DNA of 64,000 nt, taken from assembly GCA_048128005.1 (NCBI GenBank), contig JBEUKZ010000080.1, positions 310,001-374,000 of the forward strand. The letters run 5' to 3'. Below, piece after piece: positions 10,291-24,500 of the stretch. The notes under the pieces are model-generated. The model was not told the DNA's origin, made no database searches, and worked only from the letters and a program-made list of their open reading frames with translations. Each line of letters begins with the position of its first letter. The stretch's first letter is position 1. The position numbers were made by a program, and so were the translations under genes. Source of the DNA: Veleropilina oligotropha. Its lineage: Eukaryota.

Positions 10291-11630
10291 AGAACCACAG
10301 CAGAACCATGTATGCCGGTAGACGAAAATGCGGACCAAGAAGTAACCGATTCCACAGGTAGAAAAAGTTATACCATTCAGCACAAGCTAAAGAGCCTGAA
10401 CGTTTTGAAGCAAAACAACAACAATTTTGCCAAAACGGCACGTGAAATGGGCATATCTCGAGTGAATATCCAGAGATGGAGCAAACAAAAAGAGTTGTTG
10501 AAGGCTCTAAAGGAAAAAAGAGGGTTCAACATCCGTACATCGAGACGAAAAAATAAAGTAGGCCTAAACTCGGGAAAATATAAAGTACTTGAAAGCAATC
10601 TTTTGGAATGGGTGCGCGACCAAAGAGTCGCTGCCAAGCCGGTCAACGGAAAAAATCTGCGAAATAAGGCTTTGTTGCTTAGAGGTGATGAAAATGAAAA
10701 TGAAGAGTTTCGGGCCTCTGTTGGGTGGTCGCATCGTTTTTTGCGGCGACATGGTCTTGTGAGGAGGGCGGTCACCTCAGTAGGTCAACAGATTCCGGCC
10801 AACGCACAATATGTAGCCACACATTTCCTCTCTGATGTCGTTAAGAATATGGAAGAAAACAACTTTGCACAAACGGACATCGCTAACATGGACGAAGTTC
10901 CTGTTTATTTCGACATGCCGCGAAACCACACGATTGATTACAAGGGTTTACACACCATCAAAATAAACACAACTGGCAACGAACATTTGAGGTTCACGGT
11001 CGTCTTGACCATGCTTGGCAACGGTCACAAATTAAAGCCAATGATAATCTTTAAAGGACTAAAGAACGTCCCCAACCAAGCATTCCCAGCAGGTAAGTTG
11101 TGTAGGTCTATGCGAAATTTTTTTAATGATTCTAAATAAATATACCATTACATCAGTTTCAAAATTAACGTAAAGTTATTTCGCCCATGTTTAATTTAAT
11201 AAGGTAAATATTAAGTTTGGCAGTGACTGTATTATGGGCCATTTATTTAACTTTGACTGAATTGTTTTTTACCGTGACTGATGTCAGGAAATTGACAACC
11301 ATTCTGCGCCATATGTAAAGCAGTCTTTGTCTATATTTAAACAATATTTAACAATTGGATGATATAATTATGACCTCTCTTTATTATTATTTATTTCATG
11401 AAATTGTCATACATGCGCCGTTATTGCAGGTCCCATTTATGATTTTTTTTTATTAATACCATGCTGTTGATAACATTTTATATTCAGGGATTCATGTGGC
11501 TGTGTCGATGGGTGGATCCATGTCGTCGAATTTGTTAACTCACGACTATCTGCCGTTTGTGTGGCGCACTCGGCCAGGTCAGCTGTTTCAGCAGAACACG
11601 CTGCTTGTGTGGGACTCCCATGCAAACGAA
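10291..11630 (+). pseudogene. pogo-type transposase (HTH, CENP-B-like HTH, partial DDE domain), with GT-AG intron 11093-11487; C-terminus lost
   Basis: RKSYTIQHKL...ISRVNIQRW; LESNLLEWV...FRASVGWSHRFLRRH; NMDEVPVYFDMP. Splicing gca g|gtaagt...ttcag|gg att gives FPAGIHVAVSMGGSM...LLVWDSH, which supplies the second catalytic D. Confidence 0.85.
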
Positions 11631-13446
11631 GTCATCTTTCAATGTCGACATACGCAGGCGCATATCATTTGTATGTAAATACTAATTATCGTCAGAGTTC
11701 ATTATTATATTTATATTAATTAGTAGTTTTATTATTATTATCAAACTACGGTTTAATATATGGTAAAAAGAAAATAAACAGAAAACAAGACTATATATAT
11801 AACGGTGCCGGTAATATTATCAAAACATGCCGTAAAATTGTGCATGCCCTTATAACTGAAATATTGCAATGCGCATGCGCACACCATTTCTCGTCAGAAT
11901 TCGCGATTATATTTATATTAATCAATAGCTTTATTATTATTATCAATATTATAGCTTGATGTGTGGTAAATGAGAAAATAGACAGAAAAACGGCTATACA
12001 TTTGTATATTATTATCAAAACATATGCCGTATAATTGTACATGCCCTTATAAGTGAAATATTGACATGCCCTTATATCCGGATACAAGGGCATGCCCTTA
12101 TAAGTGCGAACGTTTAATTTTTGAAGTCAATATGAAAACTCAATATTTCACTTATAAGGGCATGCCCTTATAAGCGCGAAAATACGGTAGTGTCAGTGTG
12201 TCGACTAGGCGGTGCGCAATACAAGTAATTTCACCGGTGCACATAAATAAAATATCCGTTACAAAGAATATCGTTGCAACCCGCTACATCGCTCCTCAAG
12301 TTACAATATAAGTTTTACCATAACATAAAACTAAGACCATGGAGCGGTCAAAGTTCGGGATACATCGAGCCAATAGTGGCAATACAATTATGTCAATAAA
12401 CTAGTTGAAAGAATTAATAATTTATTATTAAATTTTTAATAACAAAATTAAATATTAGTTTAAACTTTGTACCCGGTAATTAGTTTTAATAATTATATGT
12501 ATCATATATATGCCATATCTGAGTGCTCGTTTCTAGGTAGCACCTACGACATATTATCAGACTAGTACAGGTTACAGGTACCTGGTAAATAAAACGTAAT
12601 TATACAAAGCGGCTTAAGGCTTAAGCCTTTAAGTTAATGGTCCAACAGTGTACATACATGATAGTCAACTAAATTATAATGTCCAACATCTCATATCCAT
12701 ATTTCCAATTTAATTCAAAATGAAGTTAAAAAGTGTACGCAACAGTTGAAACATACCAATTATTTTTTTTCCTCAAGAGCCGAATTCGTCAAAACCAACA
12801 TGTCGTCTGCAATCAGACTTGACCACGTGTGACACTAGCGTATTCTTGCCTTGATCGAAAACGAAATTGAAAATAAAACTTCGTGGAATTCCGTGTTACT
12901 GAAACCAGTAATCAAAGATTGCAAACCCTCACCCCAGTGCCAAGAAATATGATGGTGAAAGCCAGAAATCTCAGAGACGAATAGTTTTCTCACTAGACCC
13001 GAAAAAACGAAAACCGGATATGGTGCAACCTGTTGCAAGGGTCATCCATACCATTCGTGTCCTTAAATAGTCTCATGTGATGCCTGGTATTTTCGGACAT
13101 TTCGCTCCATTGTGTTGCGGTCTTGCGATTAAATGTTAAATTCAGCTGGGCCACAAATCCTGCAAAATCCTGTGTAAGTCACTCGCCAGCATTCTCATTA
13201 ATTTACTCCATCTGGCAGCCATTTTGTTTAATGTAGATCCAGGATAATTCATCTTGTCAATGTCCCGCGATCTAACGAACATATTGACCTAAATTTCAAG
13301 TTTGTACAATGAATCTTACTGACGCTAAATCCGATATCTTGTCATAAAATCAGGATCGTCTTTCCAGGAGGACGGATCTACGGCTGAAGCCGTAGGCTAT
13401 GTTTTGTAAAAAATTTGAGTAAATCGGGTAAATATTTTGTAAACAT

Positions 13447-13657
13447 GGAGGAGGAGGAGGAATGATGCTTAATGTCCTGTATATTTACAACATCGAGGTT
13501 CAAGGCAGGACATGTCCGTGTTATCGCGGGAGGAAACACCGGTCGCCCGGGTAAACCCGCCCTCTTCGGCCAGTCACGGACAACTGTGATTCATAACTTG
13601 AACAAATTTCAATGCCTGAGCCAGGTATTGAACCCACTACTGTTCGCATTAGCGGAA
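13447..13657 (-). mobile_element. tRNA-derived SINE with V-domain-like core (5' partial)
   Basis: Close match to 43252-43513; minus strand reads gggtttacccgggcgaccggtgtttcctcccg; (CCT)n tail. Confidence 0.7.
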
Positions 13658-13810
13658 TGAATGTAAACATGCTAGCGGACGAACAAACACATACAGGTAC
13701 ATACGTACCTGTAGAGTCCATTGCAATATCAGGTACATGTGTACCTGTAGAGTCCATTGCAATATCCTGCTGCCCCGGTAGTCGTGTGATATCGAGTGCA
13801 GACTCTGATA

Positions 13811-14030
13811 TCACTGGCTCGATTGCGCTCACTAACAGGGTTCGAATCTTGGCTGGGGCATTAATATTTTTTGTTCAGTTATCAATCGCAGTTGTCCGTA
13901 ACTGACCAAGAAGGGGGCAGGTTTCCCCAAGCGACGGGCTTTCCTCCTGCGATAATATGGATATGTCCTGCCTTGAAGCTGGTGGTTGTAAATATACAGT
14001 ACAATAAGCATCAATCCATTCATCCATCCT
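13811..14030 (+). mobile_element. Diverged copy of the same SINE family, opposite orientation
   Basis: B-box gggttcgaatc at 13838-13848; ggtttccccaagcgacgggctttcctcc core; tgtcctgccttgaa; (catc)n tail. Confidence 0.6.
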
Positions 14031-14174
14031 CCCAAGGCGAGGGTATAATTAGATGTTTAATTACATTACATTAGCTTGATTTGAAACCCACCCACCTCGC
14101 CTACCCATGATTGATAACCCTGGAATGTCTATAACAGGGAGACAAAACACAATGCCGAAGCAGCACAGTCAAAC

Positions 14175-16388
14175 GTGTGAGTTGAGAGCTGTTGTCCGCA
14201 CCGTTCTCTCTGGTATACTGGTATATGCCATGCGAGTTGAGAGCTGTTGGCCGCACCATTCTCTCTGGTATACGCCATGTGAGTTGAGAGCTGTTGGCCG
14301 CACCGTTCTCTCTGGTATACGCCATGTGAGTTGAGAGCTGTTGGCCGCACCATTCTCTCTGGTATACGCCATGTGAGTTGAGAGCTGTTGGCCGCACCGT
14401 TCTCTCTGGTATACTGGTATATGCCATGTGAGTTGAGAGCTGTTGGCTGCTCCATTCTCACTGGTATACGCCATGTGAGTTGAGAGCTGTTGGCTGCTCC
14501 ATTCTCACTGGTATACGCCATGTGAGTTGAGAGCTGTTGGCTGCTCCATTCTCACTGGTATACTGGTATATGCCATGTGAGTTGAGAGCTGTTGGCCGCA
14601 CCATTCTCTCTGGTATACGCCATGTGAGTTGAGAGCTGTTGGCTGCTCCATTCTCTCTGGTATACTGGTATATGCCATGTGAGTTGAGAGCTGTTGGCCG
14701 CACCATTCTCTCTGGTATACGCCATGTGAGTTGAGAGCTGTTGGCTGCTCCATTCTCACTGGTAAACGCCATGTGAGTTGAGAGCTGTTGGCTGCTCCAT
14801 TCTCACTGGTATACGCCATGTGAGTTGAGAGCTGTTGGCTGCTCCATTCTCACTGGTATACGCCATGTGAGTTGAGAGCTGTTGGCTGCTCCATTCTCAC
14901 TGGTATACTGGTATATGCCATGTGAGTTGAGAGCTGTTGGCCGCACCATTCTCTCTGGTATACGCCATGTGAGTTGAGAGCTGTTGGCTGCTCCATTCTC
15001 TCTGGTATACTGGTATATGCCATGTGAGTTGAGAGCTGTTGGCCGCACCATTCTCTCTGGTATACGCCATGTGAGTTGAGAGCTGTTGGCTGCTCCATTC
15101 TCACTGGTATACGCCATGTGAGTTGAGAGCTGTTGGCTGCTCCATTCTCACTGGTATACGCCATGTGAGTTGAGAGCTGTTGGCTGCTCCATTCTCACTG
15201 GTATACTGGTATATGCCATGTGAGTTGAGAGCTGTTGGCTGCACCATTCTCTCTGGTATACGCCATGTGAGTTGAGAGCTGTTGGCTGCACCATTCTCAC
15301 TGGTATACGCCATGTGAGTTGAGAGCTGTTGGCTGCTCCATTCTCTCTGGTATACGCCATGTGAGTTGAGAGCTGTTGGCTGCTCCATTCTCACTGGTAT
15401 ACTGGTATACGCCATGTGAGTTGAGAGCTGTTGGCTGCTCCATTCTCTCTGGTATACGCCATGTGAGTTGAGAGCTGTTGGCTGCTCCATTCTCTCTGGT
15501 ATACGCCATGGTAGAGGAGACCAATCCTGCTCAAAGGATTCCCAGATGTGAGTTGAGAGCTGTTGGCCGCACCGTTCTCTCTGGTATACTGGTATATGCC
15601 ATGTGAGTTGAGAGCTGTTGGCCGCACCATTCTCTCTGGTATACGCCATGTGAATTGAGAGCTGTTGGCTGCTCCATTCTCTCTGGTATACGCCATGGTA
15701 GAGGAGACCAATCCTGCTCAAAGGATTCCCAGATGTGAGTTGAGAGCTGTTGGCCGCACCGTTCTCTCTGGTATACTGGTATATGCCATGTGAGTTGAGA
15801 GCTGTTGGCCGCACCATTCTCTCTGGTATACGCCATGTGAGTTGAGAGCTGTTGGCTGCTCCATTCTCTCTGGTATACGCCATGTGAGTTGAGAGCTGTT
15901 GGCCGCACCGTTCTCTCTGGTATACTGGTATACGCCATGTGAGTTGAGAGCTGTTGTCCGCACCGTTCTCTCTGGTATACTGGTATACGCCATGTGAGTT
16001 GAGAGCTGTTGGCCGCTCCATTCTCACTGGTATACGCCATGTGAGTTGAGAGCTGTTGGCCGCACCGTTCTCTCTGGTATATTGGTATATGCCATGGTAG
16101 AGGAGGCCAATCCTGCTCAAAGGATTCCCAGATGTGAGTTGAGAGCTGTTGGCCACACCGTTCTCTCTGGTATACTGGCATATGCCATGTGAGTTGAGAG
16201 CTGTTGGTCACACCGTTCTCTCTGGTATACTGGTATAAGCCATGTGAGTTGAGAGCTATTGGCGGCACTGTTCTCTCTGGTATACTGATATATGCCATGT
16301 GAGTTGAAAGCTGTTGGCCGCACCGTTCTCTCTGGTATACTGGTATACGCCATGGTAGAGGAGGCCAATCCTGCTCAAAGGATTCCCA
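14175..16388. repeat. Minisatellite with 47-bp unit and 55-bp variant; local 345-bp higher-order repeat
   Basis: Unit gccatgtgagttgagagctgttggcygcwccrttctcwctggtatac, with or without tggtatat. A gtagaggaraccaatcctgctcaaaggattcccaga-type insert occurs four times in the distal half. Confidence 0.95.
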
Positions 16389-19300
16389 GGAATATTTCCC
16401 AGTTTCACTTTGGCGTGGAAGTCAGCAGATGACAGCTGAGCTTGCTTGCTAGCTGTCTCTGTTTTTCACATATTCTTTTCTCTGCAAGCTGGAAGAAATG
16501 TTTTTTTCTCATTTTGACCTCTTCATATTGATAATACTATTGAAAAGTTTCAAAGACTTTAACTGTCCAATATATCTGGGTAGAAATCTCGTTTCTTTAA
16601 AGTGCCAACGTCTCAAATTACCAGCACAAATTAAGCCATTCGTAAACAGCATAAATAAATTTATGAATAATAAAATAAATTTTAAGCCAACCTGTGCCCA
16701 TTGTTTCCTTCGCTGCCCTCTCCTTAATTGTAGTTCATCCTAGATTCATCAGGAGTCCTGCATCACTCTCACTGAAAGATAAATCATGAGACTTCATAAT
16801 TATATTAACCTCACAAAATGTTAATATTTAAACAAACACTGAAGAATTATTTTATAAACATCAGATGTAACACCGTGACACCATATTTTATTTATAGAAA
16901 TAAAATTAATAACTCTTCAATAGAGGGGTCCTCAGACAAAACCACAGCTAATGCACTCGAAAGATCAATAATTGTGTAAAAAAAATTCAACATCTCATCT
17001 AATTCAGCTTGAACATTCTTTAATTATATTATCTTAAAATGTTTTCCAAATACACATTGATACTGTATGGTACATGACACATCATTCTTAGGCCTTTATT
17101 ACATGTATAACATGATGCACATATATGGTAAACACTAAAACATCTGGTATATTTCCATTTATGCTCATGGGATCTGTTCGTAAGAATTCTGTAAACCAAT
17201 AGAAATTCCTATTTATCCCTGGGCACATTTATTCATAATTTACATGTGCATGAACAAAAATCAATAAAATTTTATGGTTGCCTAGCTGTGGAACAGAAGT
17301 AAACATCTTATGATCCAACATATCTTTTGATTTGTGGTTCACCACAAAAATTACAATGTAAACATGGTATTAGGTATTACATAATAATTACATAGTGAAT
17401 GTACATTTAACCTATTCACAATATCTAGCCTGTGATCAGTTTATATATATGCTTTTTGGTGTATAGTGTAGATAAAAACAATGTGAACCATTATATATGA
17501 GCAAGGGCATTTACACCACAATCCTTCATTCAACAATTAATTTCGACATAACAAGATTAATATCAGACAGGGGACAAGGAATAAATAATTGTGAAATTTT
17601 GTGTTTTATTACAGTATACGACTCTCATAAAGAGAACAATTATTATGAAAATGCAGGTGGAAAATACTATGCACTCCATGAACACACTAGCATCATGAAA
17701 GGGAAATGCAGGTGGCAAATACTATGTACTCCATGAACTCACTAGCATCATGAAAGTGAAATGCAGGTGGCAAATACTATGTACTCCATGAACTCACTAG
17801 CATCATGAAAGGGAAATGCAGGTGGCAAATACTATGTACTCCATCTGAACTCGCTAGCATCATGAAAGTGAAATGCAGGTGGCAAATACTATGTACTCCA
17901 TGAACTCACTAGCATCATGAAAGGCAAATGCAGGTGGCAAATACTATGTACTCCATCTGAACTCACTAGCATCATGAAAGTGAAATGCAGGTGGCAAATA
18001 CTATGTACTCCATGAACTCACTAGCATCATGAAAGGGAAATGCAGGTGGCAAATACTATGTACTCCATGAACTCACTAGCATCATGAAACGGAAATGCAG
18101 ATGGCAAATACTATGTACTCCATCTGAACTCAAAAGCATCATGAAAGTGAAATGCAGGTGGCAAATAATATGCACTCCATGAACTCACTAGCATCATGAA
18201 AGGGAAATGCAGGTGGCAAATACTATGTACTCCATCTGAACTCACTAGCATCATGAAAGTGAAATGCAGGTGGCAAATACTATGTACTCCATGAACTCAC
18301 TAGCATCATGAAAGGGAAATGCAGGTGGCAAATACTATGTACTCCATCTGAACTCACTAGCATCATGAAAGTGAAATGCGGGTGGCAAATACTATGTACT
18401 CCATGAACTCAATAGCATCATGAAAGGGAAATGCAGGTGGCAAATACTATGTACTCCATGAACTCACTAGCATCATGAAAGTGAAATGCGGGTGGCAAAT
18501 ACTATGTACTCCATGAACTCAATAGCATCATGAAAGTGAAATGCAGGTGGCAAATACTATGTACTCCATGAACTCACTAGCATCATGAAAGGCAAATGCA
18601 GGTGGCAAATACTATGTACTCCATCTGAACTCACTAGCATCATGAAAGTGAAATGCAGGTGGCAAATACTATGTACTCCATGAACTCACTAGCATCATGA
18701 AAGGGAAATGCAGGTGGCAAATACTATGTACTCCATGAACTCACTAGCATCATGAAACGGAAATGCAGATGGCAAATACTATGTACTCCATCTGAACTCA
18801 AAAGCATCATGAAAGTGAAATGCAGGTGGCAAATAATATGCACTCCATGAACTCACTAGCATCATGAAAGGGAAATGCAGGTGGCAAATACTATGTACTC
18901 CATCTGAACTCACTAGCATCATGAAAGTGAAATGCAGGTGGCAAATACTATGTACTCCATGAACTCACTAGCATCATGAAAGGGAAATGCAGGTGGCAAA
19001 TACTATGTACTCCATCTGAACTCACTAGCATCATGAAAGTGAAATGCGGGTGGCAAATACTATGTACTCCATGAACTCAATAGCATCATGAAAGGGAAAT
19101 GCAGGTGGCAAATACTATGTACTCCATCTGAACTCACTAGCATCATGAAAGGGAAATGCAGGTGGCAAATACTATGTACTCCATGAACTCACTAGCATCA
19201 TGAAAGGGAAATGCAGGTGGCAAATACTATGTACTCCATGAACTCACTAGCATCATGAAAGGGAAATGCAGTTGGCAAATACTATGTACTCCATGAACTC

Positions 19301-19790
19301 ACTAGCATCATGAAAGGGAGATGCAGGTGGCAAATACTATGTACTCCATGAACTCACTAGCATCATGAAAGGCAAATGCATGTGGCAAATACTATGTACT
19401 CCATCTGAACTCACTAGCATCATGAAAGGGAAATGCAGGTGGCAAATACTATGTACTCCATGAACTCACTAGCATCATGAAAGGGAAATGCAGGTGGCAA
19501 ATACTATGTACTCCATCTGAACACACTAGCATCATGAAAGTGAAATGCAGGTGGCAAATAATATGTACTCCATGAACTCACTAGCATCATGAAAGGGAAA
19601 TGCAGGTGGCAAATACTATGTACTCCATGAACTCACTAGCATCATGAAAGGGAAATGCAGGTGGCAAATACTATGTACTCCATCTGAACTCACTAGCATC
19701 ATGAAAGTGAAATGCGGGTGGAAAATACTATGTACTCCATGAACTCACTAGCATCATGAAAGGGAAATGCAGGTGGCAAATACTATGTAC

Positions 19791-19971
19791 CAGGGGTGTC
19801 ATTAATAGATGGGTACCGGGTATTATTACCAGCCTGTAAGCCAATGTGTACCCTGCTGACATTCTCATGTTAAATTGTTTTTATAGTAGCAAATAATGTA
19901 TTGGCAAAAAATTACCCGCCTGTCCGATTTAAATACCCTAGCTCCTATTGCTTTTCTTATTGAAACCCCTG
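19791..19971. mobile_element. 181-bp MITE with CAGGGGT/ACCCCTG ends and 6-bp TSD (ATGTAC)
   Basis: Inserted in a satellite unit: atgtac|caggggtgtc...gaaacccctg|atgtac. Confidence 0.88.
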
Positions 19972-21816
19972 ATGTACTCCATCTGAACTCACTAGAATCA
20001 TGAAAGGGAAATGCAGGTGGCAAATACTATGTACTCCATGAACTCACTAGCATCATGAAAGGGAAATGCAGGTGGCAAATACTATGTACTCCATCTGAAC
20101 TCACTAGCATCATGAAAGGGAAATGCAGGTGGCAAATACTATGTACTCCATCTGAATTCACTAGCATCATGAAAGGGAAATGCAGGTGGCAAATACTATG
20201 TACTCCATCTGAACTCACTAGCATCATGAAACGGAAATGCAGGTGGCAAATACTATGTACTCCATGAACGCACTAGCATCATGAAAGGGAAATGCAGGTG
20301 GCAAATACTATGTACTCCATGAACTCACTAGCATCATGAAAGGGAAATGCAGTTGGCAAATACTATGTACTCCATGAACTCACTAGCATCATGAAAGGGA
20401 AATGCAGGTGGCAAATACTACGTACTCCATGAACTCACTAGCATCATGAAAGGCAAATGCAGGTGGCAAATACTATGTACTCCATCTGAACTCACTAGCA
20501 TCATGAAAGGGAAATGCAGGTGGCAAATACTATGTACTCCATGAACTCACTAGCATCATGAAAGGGAAATGCAGGTGGCAAATACTATGTACTCCATCTG
20601 AACACACTAGCATCATGAAAGTGAAATGCAGGTGGCAAATACTATGTACTCCATGAACTCACTAGCATCATGAAAGGGAAATGCAGGTGGCAAATACTAT
20701 GTACTCCATGAACTCACTAGCATCATGAAAGGGAAATGCAGGTGGCAAATACTATGTACTCCATGAACTCACTAGCATCATGAAAGGGAAATGCAGGTGG
20801 CAAATACTATGTACTCCATGAACTCACTAGCATCATGAAAGGCAAATGCATGTGGCAAATACTATGTACTCCATCTGAACTCACTAGCATCATGAAAGGG
20901 AAATGCAGATGGCAAATACTATGTACTCCATGAACTCACTAGCATCATGAAAGGGAAATGCAGGTGGCAAATACTATGTACTCCATGAACTCACTAGCAT
21001 CATGAAAGGGAAATGCAGTTGGCAAATACTATGTACTCCATGAACTCACTAGCATCATGAAAGGGAGATGCAGGTGGCAAATACTATGTACTCCATGAAC
21101 TCACTAGCATCATGAAAGGCAAATGCATGTGGCAAATACTATGTACTCCATCTGAACTCACTAGCATCATGAAAGGGAAATGCAGGTGGCAAATACTATG
21201 TACTCCATGAACTCACTAGCATCATGAAAGGGAAATGCAGGTGGCAAATACTATGTACTCCATCTGAACACACTAGCATCATGAAAGTGAAATGCAGGTG
21301 GCAAATACTATGTACTCCATGAACTCACTAGCATCATGAAAGGGAAATGCAGGTGGCAAATACTATGTACTCCATGAACTCACTAGCATCATGAAAGGCA
21401 AATGCAGGTGGCAAATACTATGTACTCCATCTGAACTCACTAGCATCATGAAAGGGAAATGCAGGTGGCAAATACTATGTACTCCATGAACTCACTAGCA
21501 TCATGAAAGGGAAATGCAGGTGGCAAATACTATGTACTCCATCGGAACACACTAGCATCATGAAAGTGAAATGCAGGTGGCAAATACTATGTACTCCATG
21601 AACTCACTAGCATCATGAAAGGGAAATGCAGGTGGCAAATACTATGTACTCCATGAACTCACTAGCATCATGAAAGGGAAATGCAGGTGGCAAATACTAT
21701 GTACTCCATCTGAACTCACTAGCATCATGAAAGTGAAATGCGGGTGGCAAATACTATGTACTCCATGAACTCACTAGCATCATGAAAGGGAAATGCAGGT
21801 GGCAAATACTATGTAC

Positions 21817-21997
21817 CAGGGGTGTCATTAATAGATGGGTACCGGGTATTATTACCAGCCTGTAAGCCAATGTGTACCCTGCTGACATTCTCATGTTAAA
21901 TTGTTTTTATAGTAGCAAATAATGTATTGGCAAAAAATTACCCGCCTGTCCGATTTAAATACCCTAGCTCCTATTGCTTTTCTTATTGAAACCCCTG
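21817..21997. mobile_element. Second copy of the 181-bp MITE at the same position in the satellite unit
   Basis: Apparently identical to 19791-19971, with the same TSD, 2026 bp downstream. Confidence 0.88.
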
Positions 21998-22975
21998 ATG
22001 TACTCCATCTGAACTCACTAGCATCATGAAAGGGAAATGCAGGTGGCAAATACTATGTACTCCATCTGAACTCACTAGCATCATGAAAGGGAAATGCAGG
22101 TGGCAAATACTATGTACTCCATCTGAATTCACTAGCATCATGAAAGGGAAATGCAGGTGGCAAATACTATGTACTCCATCTGAACTCACTAGCATCATGA
22201 AACGGAAATGCAGGTGGCAAATACTATGTACTCCATGAACTCACTAGCATCATGAAAGGGAAATGCAGGTGGCAAATACTATGTACTCCATGAACTCACT
22301 AGCATCATGAAAGGCAAATGCATGTGGCAAATACTATGTACTCCATGAACTCACTAGCATCATGAAAGGGAAATGCAGGTGGCAAATACTATGTACTCCA
22401 TCTGAACACACTAGCATCATGAAAGTGAAATGCAGGTGGCAAATACTATGTACTCCATGAACTCACTAGCATCATGAAAGGGAAATGCAGGTGGCAAATA
22501 CTATGTACTCCATGAACTCACTAGCATCATGAAAGGGAAATGCAGGTGGCAAATACTATGTACTCCATGAACTCACTAGCATCATGAAAGGGAAATGCAG
22601 GTGGCAAATACTATGTACTCCATGAACTCACTAGCATCATGAAAGGCAAATGCATGTGGCAAATACTATGTACTCCATCTGAACTCACTAGCATCATGAA
22701 AGGGAAATGCAGATGGCAAATACTATGTACTCCATGAACTCACTAGCATCATGAAAGGGAAATGCAGGTGGCAAATACTATGTACTCCATCTGAACTCAC
22801 TAGCATCATGAAAGTGAAATGCAGGTGGCAAATACTGAGTACTCCATCTGAACACACTAGCATCATGAAAGGGAAATGCAGGTGGCAAATACTATGTACT
22901 CCATCTGAACTCACTAGCGTCATGAAAGGGAAATGCAAGGAACGGCTGTCAAAAGCAAACCTAAACATTAACACA

Positions 22976-23400
22976 TACTATTCTGGCTTGGCGGATTACT
23001 ATTCCGCCAAGGCAGCTTATTATTCCACCAGGTGGATTACTATTTAGCCCAGGTGGATTGGTATTCCGCCATGGCAGATTACTATTCCACCCGGGTGGAT
23101 TACTGTTCTGCCTAGGTGGATTACTATTCTGCCATGGCAGATTAATATTCCACCATAGTGGATGACTAAAATAATAATTCTGCCTAGGTGATTTACTATT
23201 CCGCCATGGCATTTTAATATTCCACCCAGGTGGATTACTTTTCTGTCCAGGTGGATTACTACTCCACCCGGGTGGATTACTGTTCTGCCAGGTGGACTGA
23301 TATTCTGTCGGGATTGGTATTCCACCTTGTGGATTATACAATATATTCCGCCCATGTGGATTACTATTCCACTTCCGTATATTGGTATTTCGCCGTGGGG
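22976..23400. repeat. Degenerate ~21-bp tandem repeat
   Basis: Recurrent ggtggattactattccrcc motif. Confidence 0.8.
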
Positions 23401-24500
23401 ATTAATCATTGTTTGTGCATGTCCTAAATATGCTTCCACAACATTCATTCTTATAGGTATAGCGTATCATGATTTATTCCAAAGTACTTTCCTAATTATG
23501 TTAGAATTGATGATATTTAATATATTACAAGATTATATTAGGTTTAATTATATAACTGATCACTATATGTAACCCTTACCTTGATCTACATCATGAATAT
23601 GATTGTCACACTATCTTGCTTCCATCTTGCCACAGGTAAACTATATCATTATCTAATTACCCTTGATCCCACCCACCCAAGTGCAACATTCAAAACTGCC
23701 GTAAATAATTAATTAACACGAAACATATAATGCATTATTAATGAGGTATGACAAATACAGAATAGAGCCTAGATTATAGATTATCACTGAAAACGTGATC
23801 TTGTCATCGCATAAATGTCAAACACATAATAAGAAAATCCTATTTTGTAATAATGTTCTGTTAATTAAGGTATGATTGCTTAGGAAATCAACATGAATAA
23901 TACAGCTTAGTATTGGCAGTGTTATTGATTCAATTTCAAAATAAATACAATGGGCAAAAATAACTATAAATTTGGAATTCAAGATGCTGATTCCGCTTTA
24001 GTTACGTAATTTACATTCGAAAGAAAACTACAAATGGTGTATCGCCTACTCATTTGATGATTCGCAAGTTAAAATGCAGCATAATGTATTCAAATTATTA
24101 CATAATCGCTTCTGTCATAGACATAATTTTAGCGTGATTGGTTGCGTTAGAAGCCATTGAAGATAAGTTGTAAAGGTTTCCCCCAGTCGAATGTTTTAAT
24201 GTTACAATATCATAATAATAGTAATATATGTATTGAATAATATTAAAATATGGTACATGCCATTAGTTGAAACTTATGGTCCGATAATGTATTGTTTTCA
24301 TAAAAATATATATATATCGATATGGTCGAAACTTCCTGAAGCCGACGTGAATGATAACCATAAATACAAATTCAATATAGACGTTTTAAACATTTATTAC
24401 CATATCTTATATTTTATTTCTGGATATGGTAATCTCTAAACCAGCATAAGTTTATGCAAAGAATACATACAAAAAGAATTTTACAATTAAATGTACATAT

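Larger units (their letters stand above)
268..12187 (+). mobile_element. pogo/Tc2-like DNA transposon interrupted by a DIRS and a LINE insertion; left end probably outside the window
   Basis: Transposase segments at 268-318, 7777-7833, 10291-11092 and 11488-~11630. The right end reads tgcccttataagcgcgaaaatacgg followed by TA (12188-12189). Subterminal gcccttataag repeats lie at ~11845-12175, and ttataagggca also occurs at 27-37. Confidence 0.7.
17644..22938. repeat. Satellite array, 55/57-bp unit, ~5.3 kb
   Basis: Unit gaactcactagcatcatgaaagggaaatgcaggtggcaaatactatgtactccat, with or without ct. Confidence 0.97.

Noticed and set aside
14101..16368. Many ORFs up to 351 aa
   Set aside because: Translations of the 47/55-bp minisatellite; all frames cycle through the same peptides.
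17644..22938. CRISPR-like regular array
   Set aside because: Head-to-tail units without unique spacers, no cas genes, eukaryotic context; it is satellite DNA.
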